Below are positions 26,309 through 37,604 of a DNA stretch of 64,000 nucleotides, piece after piece. Positions within the stretch are counted from its first letter, which is position 1. Every line of letters begins with the position of its first letter. The notes beneath the pieces are model-generated. The model ran no database searches, was not told where the DNA came from, and was given only the letters and a program-made list of their open reading frames with translations. The translations under genes and the position numbers were made by a program. The stretch is from assembly GCA_026025075.1 (NCBI GenBank), contig JAPEUI010000053.1, positions 1 to 64,000 on the forward strand, read 5' to 3'. The DNA is from Vezdaea acicularis. Taxonomy: Eukaryota.

Positions 26309-29300
26309 CTATAAAGTAGGCGCTGGTTTAATGGTTGGGCCGAACGGCTCTTCTCTCGTCTCGCCCCTCGTTGGGTCTCGTCGGCCTATAAGGCTGCTGT
26401 AGTCGATATCATCATCTTCGAGTTCTTTCCCTCCAAAGCCCTTGGCGCTTGCCGCATCCGAGTCGTAGTCAGCCGTTCGCATTAAGGGAGGTGTCGAGGG
26501 CGCTTGCTCCATCCGTTTTGGAACCTTGTCCCTCCTGCGAGACACACCTTGCTGGCTTATGGAGCTTCCGTGGTCACTGACGTTCGACAGCGAGCGTCGA
26601 GCATCGATTGGACGGCCACGTGGTTCCGGAGTCTGTCGAAGGTTGGTGCTTGGCGGCGTGAGGAGGCCTGAGAGGAAGCTTGGCGTGGGAGGCGCTTTGG
26701 AAGGAGTCTCGCTGGAAGATCGAGCGCCATTACTCGCTGCGATCTCAGAGAGGTTGCCTACTGAGCTCTCACGGCCACGACGCCAGTTGCCCCAAGCTGC
26801 GGCAAGCGGAAGAACCGCAGCAGCAGCTTTTGGCGAGGCGAAGTTAGAGATGCTCGCTAGAGACGGGAAAGTTTGTCCGCCTGCCATTGCCCGCTCGCGT
26901 TCCTGCTGTTCCATTTGCAGATTCGTCTTCAATCTGATCGCAGCATCCTTGACAGCTTCTCGATCATAGGCCGCTTCAGACAGGTGCTTGACGATATCCT
27001 CAAGGTCCGCAATGCGCACGCCGAGAAGTTCGCGCAACCAACCAACCTCAATCTCACGTTCTTGCACCTTCTTAGGTGCGTCACGGTCGACCCCAGCAAG
27101 TTCCTGCTCGAGCTTCTCAATCCGCCCTTCGCGTTCTTGGAGCTGCTCTTGAAGGACCAAGATGGACTCTCGGAGAGCTTGTGGCGATATCTTCTCAGGC
27201 AGTTCCATCTCCTGGGGGACTGGAGCAGAGCCGCCTACTCTTGACGAAGCAGGCGATGAGATTGCGCTGACCTTCTGCGCAGCTTGAGCGGCAGCGCGAG
27301 CGGCACAATTAGAAACTTCAAGCTTCTCCTCGAGATGAGCGACCTTGTCATTGAGATGATCGGTCTTCGCATCAGACAGGCTTAAGCGTTCCATCAGATG
27401 CTGCTCCAATCGCTGCTTATCCTCGAGAGCGTTTCGTAAAGCCCTATCATGCTGCGACTTGATCGACTCCAAATGCAGCTCGTACTTGCGATGCTGCTCT
27501 TTCATCGCTACATCGCCGCTTTCACGTGTATCAGCTATAGCTTTGGCTTTGGCTGCCTCGCTTGCATCGCGGAGAAGCTCGAGATTCTCCCTTGATGTTT
27601 CCGCTTCCATTCTGAAGTGCTCTGTCTCAGCTCTTGCTCTATCCAGCTGACTATCCATCTCGGCACGGATGATGTTGACTTGGTTATTTGCTGCTTCGAT
27701 ATCCGCTTGCATGAGCACACGTGTACGTTGAACTTCATATCGACCAGCTTCTCTAGCTTCGTTGAACTCACGTTCAAACTTAGCAGCAGCACTTTGGTTG
27801 CTAATGCTCTCCTCTCGAAGGTTGTTAACAATAGTTTCGAGGTGGTTGTTTGCCTTCTGTACTTGTTCAACCTGAAATCTCGACTTCATTGCCTCGCGCT
27901 CTTGATTCTCCAATCTTTCAATTTCTCTTTCTAGCCTCTCTCTTGTTCGTGCTTCAGCCTCCAACCGAGCACCCATTATTTCTTGTCGAGACGCATGCTG
28001 TTGATCTTGCTTGCGCCATTGTTCTCGTTCTTGGGCAAATTCGTGTTCGGCCGAAACCATACCCTCCTGCAACTTGTCAAACTTCTCATCCAGACCATCT
28101 CGGATTCTGATACTTTCCTCCAGTCGGGTTTTGAGACTGTCCATCATCTTTCTCAGCTCCTTGTTCTCTGCATCTACAGTCTCGAGCTCGGCTTTCGACT
28201 TGTCACCAGCCAGTCTCGCCTCTCGAAGAGAACCTTCAAGTGCGGCATTCTTAGCAGAGAGATCAGATACTGTCTTCTGCGAATTCTCTTGTGCGCCCTC
28301 AAGAAGTGCAGTGCGCATTTGGACTTGGACCATGCTCTGATGGCGCTTATCGTCGATAGCACGAAGTTTGCGATCCTTCTCTTCGACCAGTTCTCGCTGC
28401 TTAGTCTCTTCCAGCCTGGAAAGTCGTAGTGCTTGCTCAAGCTCCAAGACCTTGCCTTCAGCTTTTCGACAATTCTGGACTTCCTGTTCAGCTCGTAGCT
28501 CTGCGTCCTTATGTAATCTCTCTAAAGTGGATGTTTTGAGCTGAAGCTCCTCCAGGCTGACATGAGGCGAAATCTTGGTGAAAGCAACCTGCTTGGAAAG
28601 GATGTCCTCCATGACAGACCTGATCTCGCCCACGTTGTGCTGCGGTCCAGGCTGTAGCGTGGATACCGCCTCCAAGACGACTGCTTTGATCTTCTCGAAC
28701 TTCTTGTCTTTTCGCGGTGACCACGACCTCTGCTGGAAGCTTTCGTTGATGTTGTCATCTTCATCATCCGCATCGCTATCTTTGCGATCGGCGGATGTGG
28801 TTTGTTCCACGCTGCGGGCTGATGCACGGTGCCCAGTCATCAGAGCGAGAGACTCCTGAATGATAGAGAGCGACTTTTCGAGAGGACCTAGGCGTTGTTG
28901 GAGGATACCGCCGACGACATCGTTGACACGATTATCGAAGTACAAGCTACGTGAATGCAATTTCGCATCCTCCGCAGGAGAATAGGCATCATCCCAATCA
29001 CTTGCAGGAAGATCGCCTGGAGTGTTTAGTCGGTGCACAGGAGAGTCGTAAGCCTTTCCAGGTTTACCAAACGTAAATGGATCACTGTCTAGTGATATAG
29101 ACTGAGACTGAACATCCTGAGGCAAAGCATGATACTGTTGCTGGAAGCGTTGAGGACTTGGGCTTGGTGCATCGCTCCTAATACGCTGTTCAGGCCGTAG
29201 GGTTTGCGCCGGCGTGGGATAGCTGAGCTTGTGCTCATTTTGTCGGGCAGCCTCGCGAGTCCAAGCGGGACCGGTTCTTTCTATACCGAAATCTGAGTCA

Positions 29301-32300
29301 CTGCCATTCAAATGTTTCATGACAGCGTCGACATCGTCCAAGGGATGCTGGTCGACACTCACGTCCCCGCTACTTTCGCGCGAGGTAGCCTTCTGAGATG
29401 CTGGAGGGCTAAGTTCCGGCGAAACAAGTCTACTCGGGTGCGATTCTGCGACAAGAGGATCCTTTATCACTTCTGGTGGCGTGTGACTCGTGGCAAATCT
29501 TGATGCCTCTAAACCCCCCAGCTTGCGAGGCGGCTCCCGAGCTTGAGGTTTCTTAGCTCCCAAGATCGAATCGAAGTCAGCTGCTGGCTGAGCGTTAAAA
29601 GGCTTCACAGCAGGTGTTGGGATATTTGATTTGCCCTTCGTCATCGAGGCCAGGTCTGCAGCTGCAGCTGCAAGTTCGGCTTGCTGGACTGAGAGCTCTC
29701 TCATATCTTCGTCAGAATCCTCGTTACCCTTGTAAACCTTCAATTGAGGGGACTTCATAGGTGGCTGAGAGGTAGGAGAGGTGCCGCTAAATTTTGCAGC
29801 TTCTTCTTGCTTAGCGAATTCCCATGGTGCGTATCCTCTCCCATCATAGTCTGGCGATTCATCCAAAAAGCTCCGTGGTCTAGGACCTATTGGTGGCTTT
29901 ACGCGGACAGACTCAGGGACAACGTCTCGCTCTTCGTCTTGAGGAATGCTGTTCTCTTTGCCGCCAAACTCAGTGTCAAGTCCCTTAGGTAAGTCTTTTG
30001 GTGGGGATGATGCTTGACCAGTCTCAGTAAGGGGATGGGTAGGAACGGCAAATTGGGGGACGTCATCCGCATCCACGTCATTACGGCGTGCTCTTTTCTG
30101 GTTTCCAGCCCGAGCTAATCGACCTTCGAAATCGTACACATCCTCTACGTCTTTCACAGGGTCACTACCTTCGTCTGGACGAATGATTGGGATGGCCTTC
30201 GATTTCTTGGCTGGAGGCACGGCGTCGGTGAAAGTGAAGATCTTTTCTTCTGTGCTGGAAGGCCCTACTGAGCCAGACTTTTCGCTGGCTATGGCATCAC
30301 TGACAGCTGGTTTGAATGCTAGATTGCCTGGAGTGAAAGCCGGAGCGTCAGGTCGAAACGAGGGGGCCGCCGCTGAGAAGTCGAAATTTCCGGACGGCAT
30401 GGATCTTGTTGAACTGCTTGGATTGAACGCCGGTGCTGCAACATTCAGCTTGCTACTATTAAGGCTTCCCAGAGATCCAATACTGATGTTGCTTGGGTGG
30501 GTAGAGTGGTTCGCAGTCTCAACGATAGGTTGAACGCTTTTTGCTGGTTGAAATTGGTTGCCGGAAAAGGAGAAGTTACCTGGTATGAATGACTTAGTTG
30601 GCTCAAAACTAAACTCCTTGGCCTCGACGTTTAGCTTAGAGACTGAGGACGTCGAATGATGACTAGGTCGAGACGGGTTAAGGACAGGCGGCTCGAACGC
30701 CCTCGATTTTGTATCTTGCCAAGGATTACTCATGTTCGATAGAGTATGTCCGTGACCCTGGGTACTAGTATAGAGTCTCCTCTCTGGCGAAGCGGAAAAG
30801 CTCGGGTTTGTGTCTACCTCCGAAATATTTGTCTTCCCACCCTCACTAATATCGTCATGAATCTCCTCCCTAATCCTATCTTCAACCTCCTGTGAGCTAG
30901 AAGGATCGATCTGGTCGCCAGAAGATTCTTGTGGGAGGGTAAGTTCTCTGATAGAGGGCGAAGACTCTGGAGTCATTATCTTATTGTTTTGCGGTGAAGG
31001 TTCGTCTGCAAGTCTTGAGCCGCTTATCTCCACCTGAGAGCCTTGGGTTCCTTTAGTGGCAACTGAAAAATTCTCCTGCGTATCAATTGGAGTGATCCCA
31101 CCGGGAGCTCCTGGCCTAGCGTCGCCAATGCTCGGAAACCTCCAAGCAGCTGCCGAGTCTGACAACGCTTCATTCTCTTCTCCATCAAGCTGTCGCGGTA
31201 TTGACTCCTCTAGATGATATTCTGCTTCATCAATCTCTTTTTGCAAGCTCTCGCTTACATTGTGGCGATGACCTCGAGGGACTGGGGTTGCGATCTCGGC
31301 ATTACTATGCTTGGTCTGGAGGCGGGCTTCTTCCTGGGTTTGGTATTGCTCCTCGTCTTCAGCCTCACGCACATTCTCTAAGCGTGGCGATTGGCTAGTA
31401 TTGAGAAGATTGAGAGGTTGCTGTTGTTGCTGTTGTTGATTTGGTTGATGGTGAAGTTGAGCTTGTATGGCTTGCTGCTGGAGACGCATTTGCGCCATGA
31501 GATCATTCTGTTGTTGGTTATCAAAAGGTGACCCAGGTGACAGAATCGCGCCCATGTTCTGCAGGTTCCCCAAGACTGCAGGCGATCCACCTCTCGCAAG
31601 TCCATGGGAATTGATGAACTGGTGAGGAGACCATATTGCTTGAATGGGAGGGGTCGCTTGATGAGACGCCATCTGGAAAGGCGAGCCGATCTGTTGCTCT
31701 CTACCGGGGAATGACATAGATTGGCGAGAGACGTGGAAGCCTGATGGCATGTGCTTGTGCGATGGCACTGGCGATGCAACAGAACCGACCTGAGAACTTG
31801 TACCTGTGGAGGTCCCAGGTATGAAAGCTGGTGAAAATGTGTTTGCGTGATGAGATGCACTATTACTTGCCGCGGATGATGTTGGAAGTGGTGGCGAAAA
31901 TGGCAAGTGTGGATATTGAGACGATGGTTGTCTGCCCATTGAGGATGCTGCAGGTGACATGGCCGGTGCGGTGTCGTCGTCCCCAAAAGACACACCAAGC
32001 GCACGAAGCTTCTCCTCGTTAAGATAATTGACATAGGCTTCCCATTCCCGGCGGTCTGGTATGCTGACTCTATACTGTCTTTCCTTTCCTTCGGAAGTCA
32101 ACTCGACCGGATCAGGCCAAATGTCCTTGCTTTGAACGAGATCATCCGATGTTACTTGCTTCTTAACGGCATCTTGATGATCAAATCCTTGCGTGTTGAA
32201 ACCTTGAGCATTCCATCGTTCCATCTTCGCTCCGACTTCAGACACCTGGAGGGGCTTGAGGCGTCTTCCCTCATCGAAGGGTAGGCTGACTGCAATGTTT

Positions 32301-32590
32301 TTACCAGCGCAAGTACCCTTGCCCTTGACAGTAGTTTTCTTCTTCGGTTTGATGGGGCTAGATACAGGTGAGCTGGTAGGTGGCGTTGCTGATGCCATGG
32401 TAGTAATTTGGTCCGAAACCTCTCTTGTCGGAAAGTCTGAGACTGTCCGTAAATGAGGAGGCGGAGGTAAGGGCTTGTCCATCGCAGGCGGTGGGTTTCT
32501 TTGGGCAGCCCCTGATGAGCCGGAGACCGAATGCCCACCCGCTACTTGAGCAGCGGGTGAGGACGAATTTGCATATATGGACGCTTGCAT
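26309..32590 (-). CDS. Giant PAM2-motif and long coiled-coil protein (~2090 aa from the first AUG; the frame stays open to 33499)
   Basis: Intronless 7.1-kb ORF with an S/P/Q-rich N-half, PAM2-like motifs at 30329-30640 and a ~600-aa heptad-rich region near the C-terminus. First in-frame ATG at 32590; true start uncertain. Confidence 0.85.
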   Translation of the reverse strand: MQASIYANSSSPAAQVAGGHSVSGSSGAAQRNPPPAMDKPLPPPPHLRTVSDFPTREVSDQITTMASATPPTSSPVSSPIKPKKKTTVKGKGTCAGKNIAVSLPFDEGRRLKPLQVSEVGAKMERWNAQGFNTQGFDHQDAVKKQVTSDDLVQSKDIWPDPVELTSEGKERQYRVSIPDRREWEAYVNYLNEEKLRALGVSFGDDDTAPAMSPAASSMGRQPSSQYPHLPFSPPLPTSSAASNSASHHANTFSPAFIPGTSTGTSSQVGSVASPVPSHKHMPSGFHVSRQSMSFPGREQQIGSPFQMASHQATPPIQAIWSPHQFINSHGLARGGSPAVLGNLQNMGAILSPGSPFDNQQQNDLMAQMRLQQQAIQAQLHHQPNQQQQQQQPLNLLNTSQSPRLENVREAEDEEQYQTQEEARLQTKHSNAEIATPVPRGHRHNVSESLQKEIDEAEYHLEESIPRQLDGEENEALSDSAAAWRFPSIGDARPGAPGGITPIDTQENFSVATKGTQGSQVEISGSRLADEPSPQNNKIMTPESSPSIRELTLPQESSGDQIDPSSSQEVEDRIREEIHDDISEGGKTNISEVDTNPSFSASPERRLYTSTQGHGHTLSNMSNPWQDTKSRAFEPPVLNPSRPSHHSTSSVSKLNVEAKEFSFEPTKSFIPGNFSFSGNQFQPAKSVQPIVETANHSTHPSNISIGSLGSLNSSKLNVAAPAFNPSSSTRSMPSGNFDFSAAAPSFRPDAPAFTPGNLAFKPAVSDAIASEKSGSVGPSSTEEKIFTFTDAVPPAKKSKAIPIIRPDEGSDPVKDVEDVYDFEGRLARAGNQKRARRNDVDADDVPQFAVPTHPLTETGQASSPPKDLPKGLDTEFGGKENSIPQDEERDVVPESVRVKPPIGPRPRSFLDESPDYDGRGYAPWEFAKQEEAAKFSGTSPTSQPPMKSPQLKVYKGNEDSDEDMRELSVQQAELAAAAADLASMTKGKSNIPTPAVKPFNAQPAADFDSILGAKKPQAREPPRKLGGLEASRFATSHTPPEVIKDPLVAESHPSRLVSPELSPPASQKATSRESSGDVSVDQHPLDDVDAVMKHLNGSDSDFGIERTGPAWTREAARQNEHKLSYPTPAQTLRPEQRIRSDAPSPSPQRFQQQYHALPQDVQSQSISLDSDPFTFGKPGKAYDSPVHRLNTPGDLPASDWDDAYSPAEDAKLHSRSLYFDNRVNDVVGGILQQRLGPLEKSLSIIQESLALMTGHRASARSVEQTTSADRKDSDADDEDDNINESFQQRSWSPRKDKKFEKIKAVVLEAVSTLQPGPQHNVGEIRSVMEDILSKQVAFTKISPHVSLEELQLKTSTLERLHKDAELRAEQEVQNCRKAEGKVLELEQALRLSRLEETKQRELVEEKDRKLRAIDDKRHQSMVQVQMRTALLEGAQENSQKTVSDLSAKNAALEGSLREARLAGDKSKAELETVDAENKELRKMMDSLKTRLEESIRIRDGLDEKFDKLQEGMVSAEHEFAQEREQWRKQDQQHASRQEIMGARLEAEARTRERLEREIERLENQEREAMKSRFQVEQVQKANNHLETIVNNLREESISNQSAAAKFEREFNEAREAGRYEVQRTRVLMQADIEAANNQVNIIRAEMDSQLDRARAETEHFRMEAETSRENLELLRDASEAAKAKAIADTRESGDVAMKEQHRKYELHLESIKSQHDRALRNALEDKQRLEQHLMERLSLSDAKTDHLNDKVAHLEEKLEVSNCAARAAAQAAQKVSAISSPASSRVGGSAPVPQEMELPEKISPQALRESILVLQEQLQEREGRIEKLEQELAGVDRDAPKKVQEREIEVGWLRELLGVRIADLEDIVKHLSEAAYDREAVKDAAIRLKTNLQMEQQERERAMAGGQTFPSLASISNFASPKAAAAVLPLAAAWGNWRRGRESSVGNLSEIAASNGARSSSETPSKAPPTPSFLSGLLTPPSTNLRQTPEPRGRPIDARRSLSNVSDHGSSISQQGVSRRRDKVPKRMEQAPSTPPLMRTADYDSDAASAKGFGGKELEDDDIDYSSLIGRRDPTRGETREEPFGPTIKPAPTL

Positions 32591-35500
32591 TGTCCCGATT
32601 AGCGGATGGTCGTCTTTCGGTGACTGAAGGAGGTTCAGAAAATCCCTAGGCTTCAGAGTCTCGTTGCTCTTCCTGGATTTATGTCTCCTCACACCTTTCC
32701 CGGACACAGTCCTGCCAGAACCTCGACCGCTTTCCAGGGATTTGCCAATTTCGAGGCCAAAGTCCTCTATCTTATCCTCATACAAATTGCCGCTGGCTTG
32801 CGACCAGTGATCTTCACCTGCTTCAGTCGACCAGCTTAGGTTTCCTCTCGAAGATAATATTTTGGGAGCACTTTCAGCGGAATCGTCGCTCCACCAATTA
32901 CCTCGTTCTGAGTCAAAATGGCCAGTTAGATACTCCCGCACCCACTCCTTATTATTCCCTTGAATAGGTTCTGCCCTTAGTTGCGATGCAACCCGAGAAC
33001 TCGACGACCGTGGCAAAATTTCAGAAGTGAATGTACTTGATTGAACACGTCCTTCGGAGTAATCGGCAGAGGTGATAGGAGGAAGCAGACTTTCGAACCT
33101 TAGATTGTGTACAGGTAGATCGTCACCAAAATCGTCACTACTGAAAGTGCGCTCGTGGAAATATCTACTTTGTGACGTAGGAGTCGAGCTTGGGGGTGGG
33201 CGTTGGTAGGGAGAACCCCAGCTTGCGGTGTAGTAGAGACTACTGTCCGTCTGCCTGTGTGCTGGTGGAGAGGACGGTACCTCTTGAGCAGCCGCTACGC
33301 CTAATGCCAATGGCAAGGCGGGAAGTCCAGGAGATGAGGATGTGCGAGAGGACCCTGGGTCTGATGTCCTGAAAGTTGTTGCTGACGACCAGGACGTATT
33401 TGGGTCTTGTATACTTGACCAATCGAGTTTGCCGTCTTGCAGCAAGGCAGGAGGGGGCGATGAACGTAGTGTCCGTTGTGCTAAAATAACATGGACAAGT
33501 TACGATTCCATCCTTCTTCGACGAAGATATGCGGAAAGGGAGACACACCTTCCACCTCGAAGAACAGAGCAAGCGATCTTGACGAAGACCGCTCGCTTCA
33601 CGAAGGTCTCTAGGCGCTTTAAAACAAGTCGCCAAAGTGCGATGAGAGTATTCTCCAAAAGAAGACCTTTGCGCAGGCCGGAGCAATGTGACGACGCGAC
33701 GGAAACCCCTCGAAAAGCACCAGAAAAAAAAAGATGTGGTTAAGGAAAGATATGAATGAGCGACATGGTAAGGTCAGGATGGCACGTTCTGCAGAATGGA
33801 AGCATCGGAAGTGCAGACGCAGTTCCGGCGCAGAGATGGAGGTGCTTATGAGGGAAGACGGGGGGAGTTGAGGTTGGCAGTGCTAGGAAATGTTCGGATC
33901 GACGACAATCTCTCGTCAAGTCGCGATGGGTGGACCGACGTGTTTGCACGGAGCAGGAGCGGCGGCTTTTTACTGGCTGCTGGTCTTTTGCCGAGCCACT
34001 TCGCTCCGATTTTGTCCTCTTGTACCAGGGCCGAACCTTGAACGAAACACTGTGCCTACCTGCATTTGACTTGTGATAGCTTGTGCGGTTCCCTTTTAAA
34101 ACGACGTGGAGGTGGCCCTTTCATGATATCCGTCTTATGAATTTTTTCAAGCTTTGTACTCGACTGGGCTCTGAACGAGAAGCGGACAATTACCGTGTAT
34201 TCTTCAAATGCCATTATGATCCTTCGTGGTCCAAATGTATGTTGATGAGCATGAGACCGAAACATCGAGGGATAGCGATCGAATCTTTTATTATACGTAG
34301 AAGAACTCGTCGAAGTCCGATTAATCTATAGTTTCATCCAATCTGAGTTTCTGCCTCCGAAAACCAGTTTTTTGTTTGCATGAAGGAATCTCCAGAATAA
34401 TACGGCAGCCCAAATCGGCGTTGCATCAACCCTGAGATTTTGCCGAGCAAGACCGACATCTCGTACGTGCGACAGACCTCCGATTCATCAACAAAATGCC
34501 TTTCCTCTCAAGATCAGTCATTGCCTTGGGCGTTATTTCGCTCGCGCATGCGTAAGTCGGCGTTCTGTTGATTCCGTGTTGCGGACGCAGCTAATTCGAC
34601 CCATGTGATACAGCTGCTACTCCACCCATGAATTCTCGTCCATAACGCAGTCTTCTCTTCAGCCAAGTCTGACATCCTCTTCTTCCGCTGCATCCAAACT
34701 GCCCCTAGATATAAGGATAGAGACCCTATTATCGGCAGTTTTGATCTGTCTAGGTCTTGTTCTGGAAGCACCGGCCCTGAAGCCAATATCCTGGAGAGTA
34801 TGGGCTGGCTCAATCGAAAGGAGCGGCGACAAGGGCGAAAGCGGACATCCTTTCCAAGGGCTTGAGACCAGAGTCGGCTTTCTGGATATCAGAGTACGTT
34901 CTCACGCGGTCGGCTTGTCGAGTATGTGACAAGAACTTAATTGATACGGGCTTTCGCCTCATACCATTGCTGAACAGCAATGAAGCATGGAGCACTGACA
35001 AGACCGTTGTAGAAAAAACGGAAAGAATTCGCAGAGTGGGTGGCAGAGCAAGAACCTGTCAAGAGTTAGAAGCAAACTACCGGTGCAGGTAAGATGCCGT
35101 ACACTAATTGATCACTTGGGTTTAACTCGTCTTAGAAGTTCTTCGAGGCATAGCATTATAGTCAAACAGAAAATATGACCTTGTTCCACATGGGCTAAAG
35201 ACGCCGCGTGCACAAAGTGACGACAGGGTTATTAATGATACACATTCCCTATCTTGGGATTCTATGACTATAACCTCCCATACTGTAATACCCGTCAACA
35301 GAACGTCCCTGAAATTCTAAGCGCAACTCCTCATCTGGCGCGTCAGCCTTATAGACTGAAACCTCCGCATTTTAGTGACCTTGTCAGCGAAGTCGCCTCT
35401 TGGTCTGATCATGGATATCTCCAGGCATTCTATTAAGTCATGTGTAGACGTCTCTTACGAATTGACTGTTATGACGCTCAAAGGATACACTTGACGACGT

Positions 35501-35947
35501 TGACTTCCTCACCTTTCAGCTATGAAGACCGCTCTCAAAAAGCGGCTTATTGCTCGCGATGCCAGACGCGTCTTCTCGGCAAAGTTGCTATAATCGGAGG
35601 TCGCTGGGGAATGTCCCGACTCGCTTGCGGTCGCCCCTTTCTCCTCTCGTCCCAATCATCGCTAACGCAGGTCCACAATATTCGCCCGGTTCCTTCCCTG
35701 CTCTTTCCTTCCACACTTTGTTTGACACGAACCTCCAGTCCCCAGTCGTCACTCTTTTAGACTCCTTTCATATTTCAACCCATTGTCTCTTCTCCCACCA
35801 TTCCTTACCTTCCTACATCCATTGTCTTCTCTATCCCTGACCGACCTTTCATCCATCTCTCTCTACGTTCTTTACTGAAGCCTTATTAAGCGCTTGCTGT
35901 TTACCTCCGCGTTAGCACTGTCCCTACGACTGAAAAGCATATCCAAC

Positions 35948-37043
35948 ATGCGTCCTGCCACTCTCCTTGCATGTGCCCTTGTGGCTGCCCCAGTGGTCGT
36001 GTCTGCTGCTGGTTCCCTTGGTTTTGCAATCGGCAATAAGAAAGCCGACGGGACGTGCAAAGTCCAATCGGACTACGAGTCCGACTTTGATACCATTGGC
36101 ACCCAAGCCAAGTTGGTCCGAACATACTCGTCGAGTGACTGCAACACTGCCCAGGAAATCCTGCCCGCTTGCAAGAGCAAAGGCTTTCAGGTCATCCTTG
36201 GTGTTTGGTAAGGCCTCCCAATGATTGCTGATGGTTCCTATGAATCGAGAACATGAGAATCTAGAATCCTAATATTTCATCGAACAGGCCCGACACCGAT
36301 GACTCTTTCAACTTGGATAAGAATGCCCTCAAGGCCAATGTACCCCAATTTAAATCACAAGTGTACGCCATTACCGTCGGTTCCGAGACCCTCTATCGTG
36401 GCAACTTTACTGGTGCCGAGCTCGAGAGCAAGATCTCATCCGTGAAGTCTATATTCCCGGACATCAAGGTTGGCACTGCGGACAGCTGGAACAAGTACGC
36501 CGATGGTACCGCTGATCCAGTCATCAAGTCAGCCGATATAATGTAAGTATAGCCCTATAAATTGTTCTTCTGGGGTACTGTCGGACCGTTTTTCTAATAT
36601 TGGATCAGCCTTTGCAACGCCTTCTCCTATTGGCAGGGCCAGGACATCAAGAATGCCACTGCTGACTTCTTCGATGATATCATGCAAGCCCTCGCTAAGG
36701 TTCAGTCCACATCAGGCTCCACAGGTGGTATTGAGTTCTGGGTTGGTGAGACAGGGTATGTCAACCCCATGAACTTTATATAGAATTCACACTAAACCCG
36801 CATAGATGGCCGACCAAGGGAACTGCCTACGAGAGTGCTCAACCTGGCACGGATAATGCGAAAACGTACTACCACTCTGCTGTCTGTGGCATAACTGCTT
36901 GGGGCGTCAATACATTTGTTTTCGAGGCCTTTGACGAGCCATGGAAGCCAGTCAGCATCGGACAAAACGGTGAAGTCGCTGACGAGACCCACTGGGGCGT
37001 ATGGAACGCCGATCGATCAAGCAAGTACGATCTCAGCTGCTAG
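35948..37043 (+). CDS. BGL2: GH17 glucan 1,3-beta-glucosidase/transglucosylase (Bgl2-like), secreted, 4 exons
   Basis: Signal peptide MRPATLLACALVAAP. VILGVWP, AITVGSETLYR, VGTADSWNK, NAFSYWQG, FWVGETGWPT, FEAFDEPWK, ends DLSC*. Confidence 0.93.
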
Positions 37044-37604
37044 ATGCCCAGTTCCCATCAACAAAGGGTATGGTGCCTGAGAAGCTCTCGAACAGCGTAC
37101 GCTACTTCCGTAAGAGCGACTACTGGATGAGCTAGTTGCCTCGAAAGGAAGACGGCTTGGATATATATATAATGCATTGGGACGGGTTGACTGCATTGGA
37201 GTGCGCTTTCGTGTTGTCAATCTTCGCAAACAAGCCGAATTCTCCTTTCGCCTAATAATCATCACGACGCTAAAATTATGGTGGAAGTCGATAGAGAGTC
37301 CGCTGTTGCTGGACGCCTGTAGAATCTTTTTAAAAGGAGTCTACTGCCATTTGTTAATCAGGCGAAACTCCGTACTTTGCATGAGGACTCTTGTGGATGC
37401 CTAAGTGAACACGACACTGCTACATTAAGCAAGGGATATGCATTCAAAGGCATCTATTCGGCGTATCGTGCCTCAAGCTCTGATGAAATCATGCTACTTC
37501 TTCACATCATAACCCATTAGGCCATTCCATGATCCGTAAACCCTATCTAAGCCGCTTCAGCCATGATGAACATGAGAATGACGTCGTAAATTTAGAACTC
37601 ATAT

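Noticed and set aside
33700..35690. Short ORFs in the 2.4-kb divergent intergenic region
   Set aside because: No coding signature or consistent splice pattern, and no tRNA or other ncRNA recognised.
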